Source: a virus
Lineage: Duplodnaviria; Caudoviricetes
Reading direction: 5' to 3' (one strand)
DNA length: 51,457 bases
Virus record (IMG/VR): IMGVR_UViG_3300028586_000778
Span: 1-51,457 of that record
How positions within the stretch are numbered: position 1 is the stretch's first letter; each line of letters opens with the position of its first letter. Both the position numbers and the translations under genes were made by a program. The notes below the pieces were generated by a model. That model searched no databases and was not told the origin of the DNA. It saw nothing but the letters and a program-made list of their open reading frames with translations. Shown here in pieces: positions 19,367-27,352 of the stretch.

Positions 19367-20607
19367 GCAAGGATTCCTTCGATTTCGGCGACCGCACGCG
19401 GGTCGGCCTTGGGCATCTGGTCCGGCAGCGGCTTGGCCGCATCGACCATATTCAGCGGCTGCAGGTAGGTGTCGCCACCCTTCACCGGCGGCAGGTTTTC
19501 CAGGCGCCGGATGTCGTTGACCGACAGCCAGCCCCATTGACGGGCGATCGCATACGATTCGTAGCGGGACTTCTGATCGCCGCGCAGCAGGCCGGAGACG
19601 TTGAATTCAATGTAGTACTCGTCGCGCTCATTCGGCAGCAGCAGGTCGCGCATCATGGCCTGCTCGTGGCGCTTGATCCATGGCAGAAGCGTGTAGATCA
19701 CGAACTGGATCGCCTGGTGCTCGATATTCGAGAACGTGGCCTTGTCCAGCTCGCCGATCATGTGCGGCGGCACCTTGTAGATTCGCGCAATATCCAGCGC
19801 CATCAGCTTGAGCGCCGGGATCAGCTCCGCGTCGACGTTCGTCATCGACAGCGGACGGAAAGTCATACCTTCCTGCAGCATGGCAACGCGCTTCGCGTTG
19901 CTACTGCCACCGTACATTTGCTGCCACTTGTCGGTGATCCGGTCGATTACCCCCTGGTCCTTGATGGGCGGTGCGCCGGCCGGGCGCTCGATCACGCCAG
20001 ACAGTGCCGTCCCATTCAGGAAAGACTTCCCGGCGTATTGCTGGATGGCCTGCGCGTAGCCAATGGAGTTCGCATGCAACATGATCGGCGATACGCCGAC
20101 ATAGCCGTTCAGGCTCCACCAACGCACGTGATGCACCATGCGCTGCGGGATTGGTTCCTGCCCGTCGATCCGATAATACGGACGAAGGTCAGATCCCTTC
20201 ATCACCTGCACGGAATCCGACGACACTGGATACAAGCCGGTCACCATGCCATCCGGATCGCGGCCGATGATGCTGTAGGAGTTCCCCCTGGTGCCGGCGG
20301 CCAGCTGACTGCCCTCCAGGAACTCGAGCGGCGTTTGCCATTCGTTGGGGGCGTGCGCCAAGATTCGATGCAGCGGGTGGTCACGCGCGACTTCGCGCTG
20401 CCCGTCTTCCGTGCGCCGGAAGATTTCGCGGGGCAGCTGGGCAATGCTCTCCGCGATCAGGGTGACGCAAGCCTGCACCGCGGTCAATGCCAGCGCCGAC
20501 TCTACGGTCACCAGTGGCCCGGCATCGGACCTTGCGCCGCCCAGGCCGGACAGCCAGCCACCGTTGCCGGTGGCGATCTGCGGGCTGAAAAACTGTTTGG
20601 CGAACAT
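19363..20607 (-). CDS. Portal protein, HK97 family
   Basis: AVQACVTLIAESIAQLP, PNEWQT, GVSPI, DIARIYKVPPHMIG, FSNIEHQ, LLRGD motifs. Confidence 0.95.
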   Translation of the reverse strand: MFAKQFFSPQIATGNGGWLSGLGGARSDAGPLVTVESALALTAVQACVTLIAESIAQLPREIFRRTEDGQREVARDHPLHRILAHAPNEWQTPLEFLEGSQLAAGTRGNSYSIIGRDPDGMVTGLYPVSSDSVQVMKGSDLRPYYRIDGQEPIPQRMVHHVRWWSLNGYVGVSPIMLHANSIGYAQAIQQYAGKSFLNGTALSGVIERPAGAPPIKDQGVIDRITDKWQQMYGGSSNAKRVAMLQEGMTFRPLSMTNVDAELIPALKLMALDIARIYKVPPHMIGELDKATFSNIEHQAIQFVIYTLLPWIKRHEQAMMRDLLLPNERDEYYIEFNVSGLLRGDQKSRYESYAIARQWGWLSVNDIRRLENLPPVKGGDTYLQPLNMVDAAKPLPDQMPKADPRAVAEIEGILA

Positions 20608-20610
20608 CCG

Positions 20611-20781
20611 TTACCCCTTGCCACCGCGCGCCAGGGCGCGTGCGACGATGTACGACCAAGCCAGCAGGCCGGCGCCAGCGACGATGAAGCCCGCAGGCAG
20701 AAAGATCATGCCGGCGCCGATCGTGACCGATGCCAGGCCGAGAACGCCGGCGACGAGGGTCGCCCAATCAATGAAGCTCAT
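20611..20781 (-). CDS. Small membrane protein (56 aa) between terL and portal
   Basis: Not in ORF track; MSFIDWATLVAGVLGLASVTIGAGMIFLPAGFIVAGAGLLAWSY; ATGA overlap with terL. Confidence 0.75.
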   Translation of the reverse strand: MSFIDWATLVAGVLGLASVTIGAGMIFLPAGFIVAGAGLLAWSYIVARALARGGKG

Positions 20782-22469
20782 ATCGTTACGCCCTCGTCGT
20801 AAATTGAAGTGGTCTGCGCCGGCTCGGGATTCAGCGCCATCAGCTGAACGGCATTGAACAGCGCCATAAGCGGGTCGATCTTTCCGGTGCCGGATGCCTG
20901 CTTGGTGATCAAGGCGGCATTCCCTCGCGGCTCAATTTTGGCGTTGCCGACACACCATGCCATGAGGTCCTGATCGCCATGCAGTAGCACGCCCTCAGCC
21001 AGCTTCCGCTCGGTGACACTGATTGCGCCGATGAGCTTCCAGCCTTGCGAGATGCCGAAGCACTTCTTTTCGTCGATCTCGGCATCGACCAGCGCCTGGA
21101 ACATGACCTTGTGAGTCTTTTCCGGATCCAGTCCGACGGAGGCGAGCAGGCCTGACTCGTTGACCTCCTTGACGACTGCTGCTACTTGCGCGACGTCGCC
21201 CGGCAGTTCCTGGATGATCACCAAGTCGCCCTGCGCTTCAAAATCCTGGTAGCGGCTCTCTTCGCTTTTGCGGCGCTCGATCGCGATCGGGTGCGCCCAG
21301 GCGCGCGTCCAAGCGAGCCACTTACCTGTTCCGCGTTCGCGACCGACGAACGCCAGTCCCAGCAAGTCGTCCAGGCCGCCGCCGTCAATGCCAGCTGTGA
21401 CCACTTCGCATCGCGCGAGCAATTCGTGGAGCGTGATGCCGGGCACCTTGGCTTGGCGCTCCCAGAAATCGGCACCGGCCCAGCGGTCGGCCCGCAGATT
21501 CAGGCCGATTTCGACATTGCCGTGCTTTGACAGGAAACCGCGCAGGGACGCCTCACCCTCAATCTCGGCCTTCATAAATTCGCGCTCGAGGAACGCGCTG
21601 TCGACGGAGTACCCGTAGTTCGGGTTCACCATCGGGAGGTTTTCGAGCTTAAGGTGCTGCTTCGCCTTCACCATCTCTGGCGGGTGCTCGTAGATGATCG
21701 GGACGAACTGCGGATCGTGAATCTTGCCGTCCCGGACATCGCGGGCGTATTGCAATTTCTCTTTGAAGATGCCGGCAGGGGGCTCGTCGCTCTGGGTGGT
21801 CACCCAGATAACGAAGCCTTCTGGGCGAGATGCCAAGCCGCCAAGCGCCTCGCGAAACATATCCTTCGCATTTGACTGCTTGCCGAACAGCCACAATTCT
21901 TCGACAAGGGTCCCAACCGACTTTTTGCCGGCGACTGTCGCGCTATCAGTAGCGATCACCCTGAGGGTCGAATTCTTCTCGCGGTGCGTCAGCTTTTTGA
22001 CGTGCTCTTGCACGTGGATCAGATCGAGCAGCTCGCTGTAGTCGTCTTCATCCAAGTAGTTCACCATGTCCCGGGCAGGGTTGTAGCTGTTGTCAGCCAC
22101 TTCCTTGGTAGGGGCGAGGATGGTGAACTCGGCCGACTGGCGCCAGTTCCGAATCAGGCAAGTCAGCATGATCGAGGCCGCCAAGCCGGACTTGAAGTTC
22201 TTCTTCGGCAGCATGACAAACCACTCTTTGATCAGCCGGCGGCCACTCGAAGCGTCGTATGCACCGAAAACCGAGGCGGCCAGGTCGAAGACCCACTGCC
22301 CGGAGGCGTCGCCAATTCGCGGGCTGCCTGGCGCGTCGACGATGCGCAACTCGCGCATCACCTCAAGATTTGCTTCCGCCTCTTCTGGAAAGATTGGCGG
22401 CGGGATGATCGATTGGCCCGAGCGAAGTCGATCTGCCCAGTCGGGGCAGGCAGTTGTCCATTCCGGCAT
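20778..22469 (-). CDS. terL: Terminase large subunit
   Basis: Walker A variant LPKKNFKSG, Walker B TLVEELW, nuclease GIDGGGLDD, KIDPLMAL. Confidence 0.95.
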   Translation of the reverse strand: MPEWTTACPDWADRLRSGQSIIPPPIFPEEAEANLEVMRELRIVDAPGSPRIGDASGQWVFDLAASVFGAYDASSGRRLIKEWFVMLPKKNFKSGLAASIMLTCLIRNWRQSAEFTILAPTKEVADNSYNPARDMVNYLDEDDYSELLDLIHVQEHVKKLTHREKNSTLRVIATDSATVAGKKSVGTLVEELWLFGKQSNAKDMFREALGGLASRPEGFVIWVTTQSDEPPAGIFKEKLQYARDVRDGKIHDPQFVPIIYEHPPEMVKAKQHLKLENLPMVNPNYGYSVDSAFLEREFMKAEIEGEASLRGFLSKHGNVEIGLNLRADRWAGADFWERQAKVPGITLHELLARCEVVTAGIDGGGLDDLLGLAFVGRERGTGKWLAWTRAWAHPIAIERRKSEESRYQDFEAQGDLVIIQELPGDVAQVAAVVKEVNESGLLASVGLDPEKTHKVMFQALVDAEIDEKKCFGISQGWKLIGAISVTERKLAEGVLLHGDQDLMAWCVGNAKIEPRGNAALITKQASGTGKIDPLMALFNAVQLMALNPEPAQTTSIYDEGVTI

Positions 22470-22939
22470 CAGACTCTCTTACCGCTGTTTGCGACCAGCT
22501 TTGGCGGCTCGGATGAGCCAAACTTGCCGGCGCCGGCCTTGCGCGCGGCGTCCTGTTTCTGGTCTTTCTTCCCGCCCTCGCCCAGCTTGGTATGCGTGAA
22601 CGGCATGAGCGCTTTGGCGGCATCAAGCCGCAGCTTCGGATCGAGGGCACCGTCGTTCATCGCAGCCAGAAGGAAGGCCTTGGGATCGGAGTGCATCAGC
22701 GCCGAGCTGATGTCGAAAGTCGGAATAGGTGCAGGCGGCGGCAGGGCTGCTTTGTCAGCGACCGGCGCTTCCTTTTTGTTCGCTGCGAGGTGAGCGGCGA
22801 CGTCCTTGTCTTTAACAAGTCGGGCACCAGCTTGCGCTGCGGTAGCCGCGCTGTAGCCAGCGCGAATTGCCGCCTCCTTATTCGAGAACCCGGCCAAAAC
22901 GGCATCGGCGAAGGCTCGCTTTTTGCCTGTTAAAGCCAT
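22469..22939 (-). CDS. terS: Terminase small subunit
   Basis: LTGKKRAF...AAIRAGYS...AAQAGARL HTH; GGAGG RBS; upstream of terL. Confidence 0.9.
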   Translation of the reverse strand: MALTGKKRAFADAVLAGFSNKEAAIRAGYSAATAAQAGARLVKDKDVAAHLAANKKEAPVADKAALPPPAPIPTFDISSALMHSDPKAFLLAAMNDGALDPKLRLDAAKALMPFTHTKLGEGGKKDQKQDAARKAGAGKFGSSEPPKLVANSGKRV

Positions 22940-22949
22940 TAACAATTTC

Positions 22950-23035
22950 CTCCAGGGGGACTTTTTTCTGCGCGTGAGTTGCTAGTCGGTGTCCGAGGCC
23001 TGACGACCCCAGACTTCGACCACCCCCTCCCCTTC
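22950..23035 (-). other. Putative cos packaging-site region
   Basis: Non-coding gap upstream of terS with G-run GGGGAGGGGGTGGTCGAAGTCTGG...ACACCG...CGCAGAAAAAA, the usual position and look of cos in HNH-terS-terL phages; exact nick site not determinable. Confidence 0.5.
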
Positions 23036-23055
23036 GGGCGGCGACGCGGCCAGGA

Positions 23056-23313
23056 TCAGGCTGGGACGGATGGGTCGGCGGGCCGGGCCTGGTGATCGAC
23101 GACGATCGTGCAGGTCGCCCGGTATTCGGTGCCCGTGCTGCCCATGTTGCTGCTCAGGTAGAGCTGGTCGACTCGCACGGCGCGCCGGTCAACGGTTACG
23201 CCAGCCGCCTTCGCAACAGCGTCGAGCACCAACGCTTCGAGCTGCTTTCCGTCCAGCACGGCATGGTGGATGGTCTGGTCCTGGCGCCGGGTATTGACCT
23301 TGATCGTTTCCAT
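23056..23313 (-). CDS. Hypothetical protein (85 aa)
   Basis: ORF abutting the HNH stop, GGAGG RBS. Confidence 0.6.
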   Translation of the reverse strand: METIKVNTRRQDQTIHHAVLDGKQLEALVLDAVAKAAGVTVDRRAVRVDQLYLSSNMGSTGTEYRATCTIVVDHQARPADPSVPA

Positions 23314-23634
23314 TCAGCCTCCTCGCGCGCGGGCCGCTGCCTCTCGCGCCGTCTTGGCGTCGTGGCACGGGACACAGAGCACTTCCTTATTGCTGTCGTC
23401 GTCACTGCCGCCCTTCCAGAGCGGGACGATGTGGTCGACCGGGCCACCGAGGGCTGTCTTACCCTGACGCTTGCACTCTTGGCACAGACCGCAGTCACGC
23501 GCTCGGATCCGCTCGCGGTCACGCACGCCCGCCGAGCCGCGCACGCGCTCGACAGTGTCGGGGCGCTGAGTGGGCAGCATGGTGACGCGGGATGCTGCGG
23601 TCGCCAGACTGGACTTCAGTTGTTGTAGCTTCAT
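23314..23634 (-). CDS. HNH endonuclease (HK97 gp74-like terminase cofactor)
   Basis: RD..LCQEC...VDHIVPL.KGGSD..SN..LC.PCHD.KT; near terS. Confidence 0.9.
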   Translation of the reverse strand: MKLQQLKSSLATAASRVTMLPTQRPDTVERVRGSAGVRDRERIRARDCGLCQECKRQGKTALGGPVDHIVPLWKGGSDDDSNKEVLCVPCHDAKTAREAAARARGG

Positions 23635-23981
23635 TCGTCCGCCAGCAATTCAGGCGGAATGCGGAAGTAGCGGGCGATCTGCTCAGTATTGAACGTTTGC
23701 CACTCAGCCATCGGCGCTGCCTGCTCATGCTCGACAGGCTGGAACAGATCCTTTAGCGCTGGCGGCGCGTAGCTTGGAACGTCACGTACGAGCTGCGGCA
23801 GCGACACGCCGGCGGCGCCGTAGCCTTTCGCACGCAGAATGCCGTGGACGTCTTCACCCTGGGCAAGGCGCTCGGCGATCTGGTTTAAACGTGGCAGATC
23901 GACAGCTTGCGCAGGTGCAGCACCAGGGCCAAAGCATGCGCGCAGTATCTCGGCGCGGTAGATGCGAGCCATGTTGTTCAT
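23631..23981 (-). CDS. Hypothetical protein with portal-like C-terminal peptide
   Basis: Start MNNMARIY; ends EQIARYFRIPPELLADE; ATGA overlap with HNH gene. Confidence 0.55.
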   Translation of the reverse strand: MNNMARIYRAEILRACFGPGAAPAQAVDLPRLNQIAERLAQGEDVHGILRAKGYGAAGVSLPQLVRDVPSYAPPALKDLFQPVEHEQAAPMAEWQTFNTEQIARYFRIPPELLADE

Positions 23982-24071
23982 GCCTGCCCCCGCGCCTTGT
24001 CGATCGCTGCCTGCACGATCAGCTTTTCGATTCGGCGCCGCAGCCATGCGGCTTCTTGCTCGACGCTCACG

Positions 24072-24284
24072 CTACTTCTCTCCGAAGCCGGGCACATCGC
24101 GCGCCGACTCAACCCAGAACGAAGCCAGCCAAACGATGACCAGTAACACCGCCAAGGTCCAGAGCACGCCGAACGCCCAGCCAGGCGCCTGCAGACGATC
24201 GAGCAGCAGCCAGAAGAGAATGGCCAAGCCGAGCGGCGAACGCGTTGGGAGCGACGACGATTTGATGACGTTCTTGCGGTTCAT
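24072..24284 (-). CDS. Small membrane protein (70 aa)
   Basis: MNRKNVIKSS start with GAGGTG RBS; two hydrophobic segments. Confidence 0.6.
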   Translation of the reverse strand: MNRKNVIKSSSLPTRSPLGLAILFWLLLDRLQAPGWAFGVLWTLAVLLVIVWLASFWVESARDVPGFGEK

Positions 24285-24363
24285 GGACACCTCAAATAGA
24301 AAAGCCGCCGGCGCATTGCTACGACAGGCGGCGAAACCCGGTTGATCCGGGTGAGGGAGACAC

Positions 24364-24439
24364 TGGAGCGGGCAGCCGGGTTCGAACCGGCGACAACGAA
24401 CTTGGAAGGATCGCGCTCTACCAGCTGAGCTATGCCCGC
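24364..24439 (-). tRNA. tRNA-Gly (anticodon TCC)
   Basis: GCGGGCA acceptor stem, D arm GCTC/GAGC, loop CT-TCC-AA, T arm GCCGG-TTCGAAC-CCGGC, U discriminator, encoded CCA, 76 nt; one U-U mismatch in the anticodon stem. Confidence 0.93.
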
Positions 24440-24444
24440 AATCC

Positions 24445-24485
24445 ATATAGCTTTTCTTTGACAAAAGCTATATTCAAGCTATAAT
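24445..24485 (+). promoter_or_regulatory. Sigma70 promoter and operator of the TA operon
   Basis: TTGACA (24458-24463), 16 bp, TATAAT (24480-24485); inverted repeat ATATAGCTTTT/AAAAGCTATAT (24445-24455, 24463-24473) straddles the -35. Confidence 0.85.
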
Positions 24486-24492
24486 ACTACTT

Positions 24493-24747
24493 ATGAACTC
24501 GATCAACTGGACCCCGAAAGCAGCCAAGCAACTCCGCAAACTGGACAAGCAGGCACAAGCCCCGATCCGCGATGCGGTGACGAAGCTGGAGACGATGCCA
24601 AGCTGCCAGAATGTCAAAGCCCTGACGAACCACTCAAGCGGCTATAGACTCAGGGTTGGCAACTATAGGGTGTTGTTCGATTGGGATGGTCAGATCAAGA
24701 TTGTCGAAATCAACGAAGTGAGCAAACGCGATGAACGCACCTACTAA
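24493..24747 (+). CDS. higB: RelE/HigB-family toxin
   Basis: WTPKAAKQLRKL...VKAL...YRLRVGNYRVLF...V.KRDERTY; toxin-first order. Confidence 0.9.
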   Translation: MNSINWTPKAAKQLRKLDKQAQAPIRDAVTKLETMPSCQNVKALTNHSSGYRLRVGNYRVLFDWDGQIKIVEINEVSKRDERTY

Positions 24748-25051
24748 TATCCAGATCATCAACGGGCCGGACGGGAAACCGGCCTTTGTCGTCATCCCGT
24801 ATGACGAATACAAAAAGTCCCGCGCCGAAGGCATGATCCCTCACGAGGTGGTGAGCGCCACCGTCGACGGTGCCACGCCTGTGCGCGCCTGGCGCGAGCA
24901 CCTGCGTCTGACTCAAGCCGAGGTGGCCGAGCGCCTCGGCATTGCCCAGTCGTCCTATGCGAAGCAAGAGGCCAGCGATTCGTTGCGCCGCTCGAGCATC
25001 GAGAAGATCGCCGCCGCGCTGGGCATCACGTTCGAGCAGCTGGACATCTGA
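24731..25051 (+). CDS. higA: XRE-HTH antitoxin
   Basis: GKPAFVVIPYDEY N-terminus; PVRAWREHLRLTQAEVAERLGIAQSSYAKQE HTH; overlaps toxin. Confidence 0.88.
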   Translation: MNAPTNIQIINGPDGKPAFVVIPYDEYKKSRAEGMIPHEVVSATVDGATPVRAWREHLRLTQAEVAERLGIAQSSYAKQEASDSLRRSSIEKIAAALGITFEQLDI

Positions 25052-25052
25052 C

Positions 25053-25191
25053 TTACTTCCGGCGCGCTGCGTTCAGCTCGGCCGTCTTCTCCACCGCGGA
25101 TCTTCTGCGTGGGGTGCGTTTCCACGTTTGCGAAGCGTTCGCGGTCGAAGGTCTTCCAGGAGCCGTTGCTCCAGCGTGCTTGATAACGCAT
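25053..25191 (-). pseudogene. Frameshifted small late gene
   Basis: MRYQARWSNGSWKTFD...HPTQK continues as SAVEKTAELNAARRK-stop in the adjacent frame if one base near 25101 is removed. Confidence 0.4.
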
Positions 25192-25282
25192 TGGGATTCC
25201 TGACTTGCAGTGTAAGTTGCCCGGCCTCGAACGAGGCAGGGCTGGTCGGCCCCAGGTCTATCTGACAAGTGGGCCGTAAACG

Positions 25283-25314
25283 AAAAAGGCCCACCGAGAT
25301 GGCGAGCCTTTTTT
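25283..25314 (-). terminator. tR'-like terminator downstream of late promoter (possibly bidirectional)
   Basis: Minus strand AGGCTCGCC-ATCTC-GGTGGGCCT-TTTT; T run also on the plus strand. Confidence 0.7.
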
Positions 25315-25418
25315 CTAGACGAGCGCCGGCTTTACTGCTGGCTGGACTGCTCGACTGCCTCGGGTGACGTTGGCGCCGAAGCGCGCATTACGTGGATCGA
25401 GGGATATGTAAGGCTTGA

Positions 25419-25447
25419 AGTTTACGACTGATGAGCAGCCAACGCAA
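25419..25447 (-). promoter_or_regulatory. Late promoter (pR'-like)
   Basis: TTGCGT, 17 bp, TAAACT on minus strand just past the Q operon, about 100 nt before a terminator. Confidence 0.65.
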
Positions 25448-25452
25448 CTGAT

Positions 25453-25740
25453 TTATTTGCGAGAGCTTGCTGCCCTATAGCCACCAATCAATCGAGCGAT
25501 AACGCCCTCATCCTTCAAGCCGGTGGAAACGTAGACATAATAGTCCCTGCCTGACTCATGCAATTTCTGCCGCTGATAGGTCTCCACGGGATACTGCTCC
25601 TCGGTAGCCTTGGCCACTACACTAAGTGGTGGCTCGCTAAGAATCGGGAACTGATGTACCGGGGGTGGTGGGCAGTCCTTCAGCAGAATTCTCTTTCCGT
25701 CAAACGCCCCTCCGATGCATAAATACTCGTGTTGGCTCAC
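25453..25740 (-). CDS. Hypothetical protein (95 aa)
   Basis: LCIGGAFDGKR N-terminal motif; GTGA overlap with Q; lower GC. Confidence 0.65.
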   Translation of the reverse strand: MSQHEYLCIGGAFDGKRILLKDCPPPPVHQFPILSEPPLSVVAKATEEQYPVETYQRQKLHESGRDYYVYVSTGLKDEGVIARLIGGYRAASSRK

Positions 25741-26279
25741 GCTGCTCTCCTCAACTTTGCGCTGGCCCGCGCAGAATGCGACTGGAACATCCCTTCCAGT
25801 TCGCTGACCATGTCAACAATTTTCTCACGTTCGATGGCGCCGCCCTGGATCGGCTCGCGGCCGGTGCCGTTGCAATGCGTGCACGCACGGCTCTCGACGA
25901 TCTTCGTGCCGTGGCAGCACTCGCACTCGCCGCCCAGCCAGTGGGCCAGGCTGACGCGGGCGATCTTGGCATAGATGGCATAGGCCGCCTTGATGTCCCA
26001 TTCGTGCTTGATGTTGATCCACTTCCGGTCGAAGCCCTTGCGCGCCACCTCTCCCGTCCAAATGCGCAGAAGCACGGCCAGCTCGCGCGCTGCGCTTTCG
26101 ACCGGCTGGCGCGGCACGCCAGCGATATGGGCGCGCAACAGCATGGTGCCGAACAGCTCGCCCGATCCACCCGACAGGTCGGCCAGCGCCGCGGCGACGA
26201 GCGGCTCCGTCTGGTGGTGCTGGTCGTCGTCCTGCAGGTTGGAAGTGCTCAGTGCGTTGAGATAGCGCTCGGCGAACAT
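25737..26279 (-). CDS. Antitermination protein Q-like
   Basis: Zn-finger CECCHGT...CTHCNGTG; position between early operon and late promoter. Confidence 0.7.
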   Translation of the reverse strand: MFAERYLNALSTSNLQDDDQHHQTEPLVAAALADLSGGSGELFGTMLLRAHIAGVPRQPVESAARELAVLLRIWTGEVARKGFDRKWINIKHEWDIKAAYAIYAKIARVSLAHWLGGECECCHGTKIVESRACTHCNGTGREPIQGGAIEREKIVDMVSELEGMFQSHSARASAKLRRAA

Positions 26280-26602
26280 AGGTTTCTCCGTGGAATTCCT
26301 ACGAGATTACCATTGCGCTTGAAAGGCTGAGTTGCGCCCGAGATTTTCCAAATGGCAATTTCAACTACGCGGTTTGCATGCCTGTGTTGAAGATACAACA
26401 TTAATCCAGTTCTTTTGTCAGGCCGCTTTTTCTATTTGCGCCGCCGTAGCAGTGTTGTTACTTTATATCTACCGATGTGGTTTTTGGTCTTGATCGTCGT
26501 TCGTTAATTTAACAGTTAGGTCAGTTGCGTCTAATGACTCAAAAACCAAGCGGTATTTTTTTAAAAAAAAATTCGCAAGACCAATCAATTTGGAGGGAAA
26601 TC

Positions 26603-27109
26603 ATGACTCGACTTATATATGGGGCAGCTGGAGCGCTTTGCATAACGTTCGCAAACCTATCAGGTGCGCAGGAAGTATGCTTTAAGGATGCGAAAACCAA
26701 TTTCGAAACATGGAAGGCCCAAAATTCTAAAGTACTGAACGATCTCGCCGCGCAATACAACGCTTCCAAGGACCCTTCGAAAGAGATGGTCACCTATGCT
26801 GGCATGCGAATGCCAGTAGCAGCGGCGATAATGATTGAGGGCGAAAAGTATGGCCGCGAGGCTGACGGCAAAGTGGAGGTTGAGGTAAATGCCGCAAAGA
26901 AATGTTCAGGCCAAACTACTATTCCCCGTGGAGTATATGATCTCGCCAGGGAGTGGATGGGAGTTACAACAATTCTGCCTGAACAAGCTACCCGTATAGA
27001 TTTCGAAGAACTGCGCCGTGGGAATATTGCCGGGGGCGAGAACAGCGTCATCCGCGAGACAGGAAGGGCGATCGATAAAGTTGTGAATCCATTCCGCTGG
27101 AAGTGGTAG
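26603..27109 (+). CDS. Secreted/periplasmic moron protein (168 aa)
   Basis: GGAGG RBS, signal-peptide-like MTRLIYGAAGALCITFANLSGA-QEVC; AT-rich; opposite strand to flanks. Confidence 0.7.
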   Translation: MTRLIYGAAGALCITFANLSGAQEVCFKDAKTNFETWKAQNSKVLNDLAAQYNASKDPSKEMVTYAGMRMPVAAAIMIEGEKYGREADGKVEVEVNAAKKCSGQTTIPRGVYDLAREWMGVTTILPEQATRIDFEELRRGNIAGGENSVIRETGRAIDKVVNPFRWKW

Positions 27110-27352
27110 GGCTTTTTTACCCAGCGCTCCTTGCGCTACTCAAGTAGCCAAGCAGGCGTCTTCGGCGTCTCGATCTCTCTGCCCATCCCGATACAGAGCG
27201 TGTAGTGCCATTTATATGCTGTCTCGACGTCGACTGTAGCGATTGCTAAGAGGTATGCGGATCGCATCAAATTGTTAACACCTCTTGTAGCATGGAAATC
27301 CGGCTCAAGATTGGGTCAAGCATAGCAACCCCAACACTGGAGCCTGCCTTTC

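Noticed and set aside
17051-19468. 805-aa plus-strand ORF
   Set aside because: Antisense shadow of capsid and protease genes, expected from high-GC codon bias
24364-24439. tRNA as an attachment site
   Set aside because: It is mid-prophage, far from int, and I saw no duplicate of its 3' end
24285-24464. N-terminal extension of ORF 24072-24464
   Set aside because: It runs through the tRNA; the start with an RBS is at 24284
26375-26405. LexA box upstream of the morons or Q
   Set aside because: CTGTGTTGAAGATACAAC does not fit CTGT-N8-ACAG
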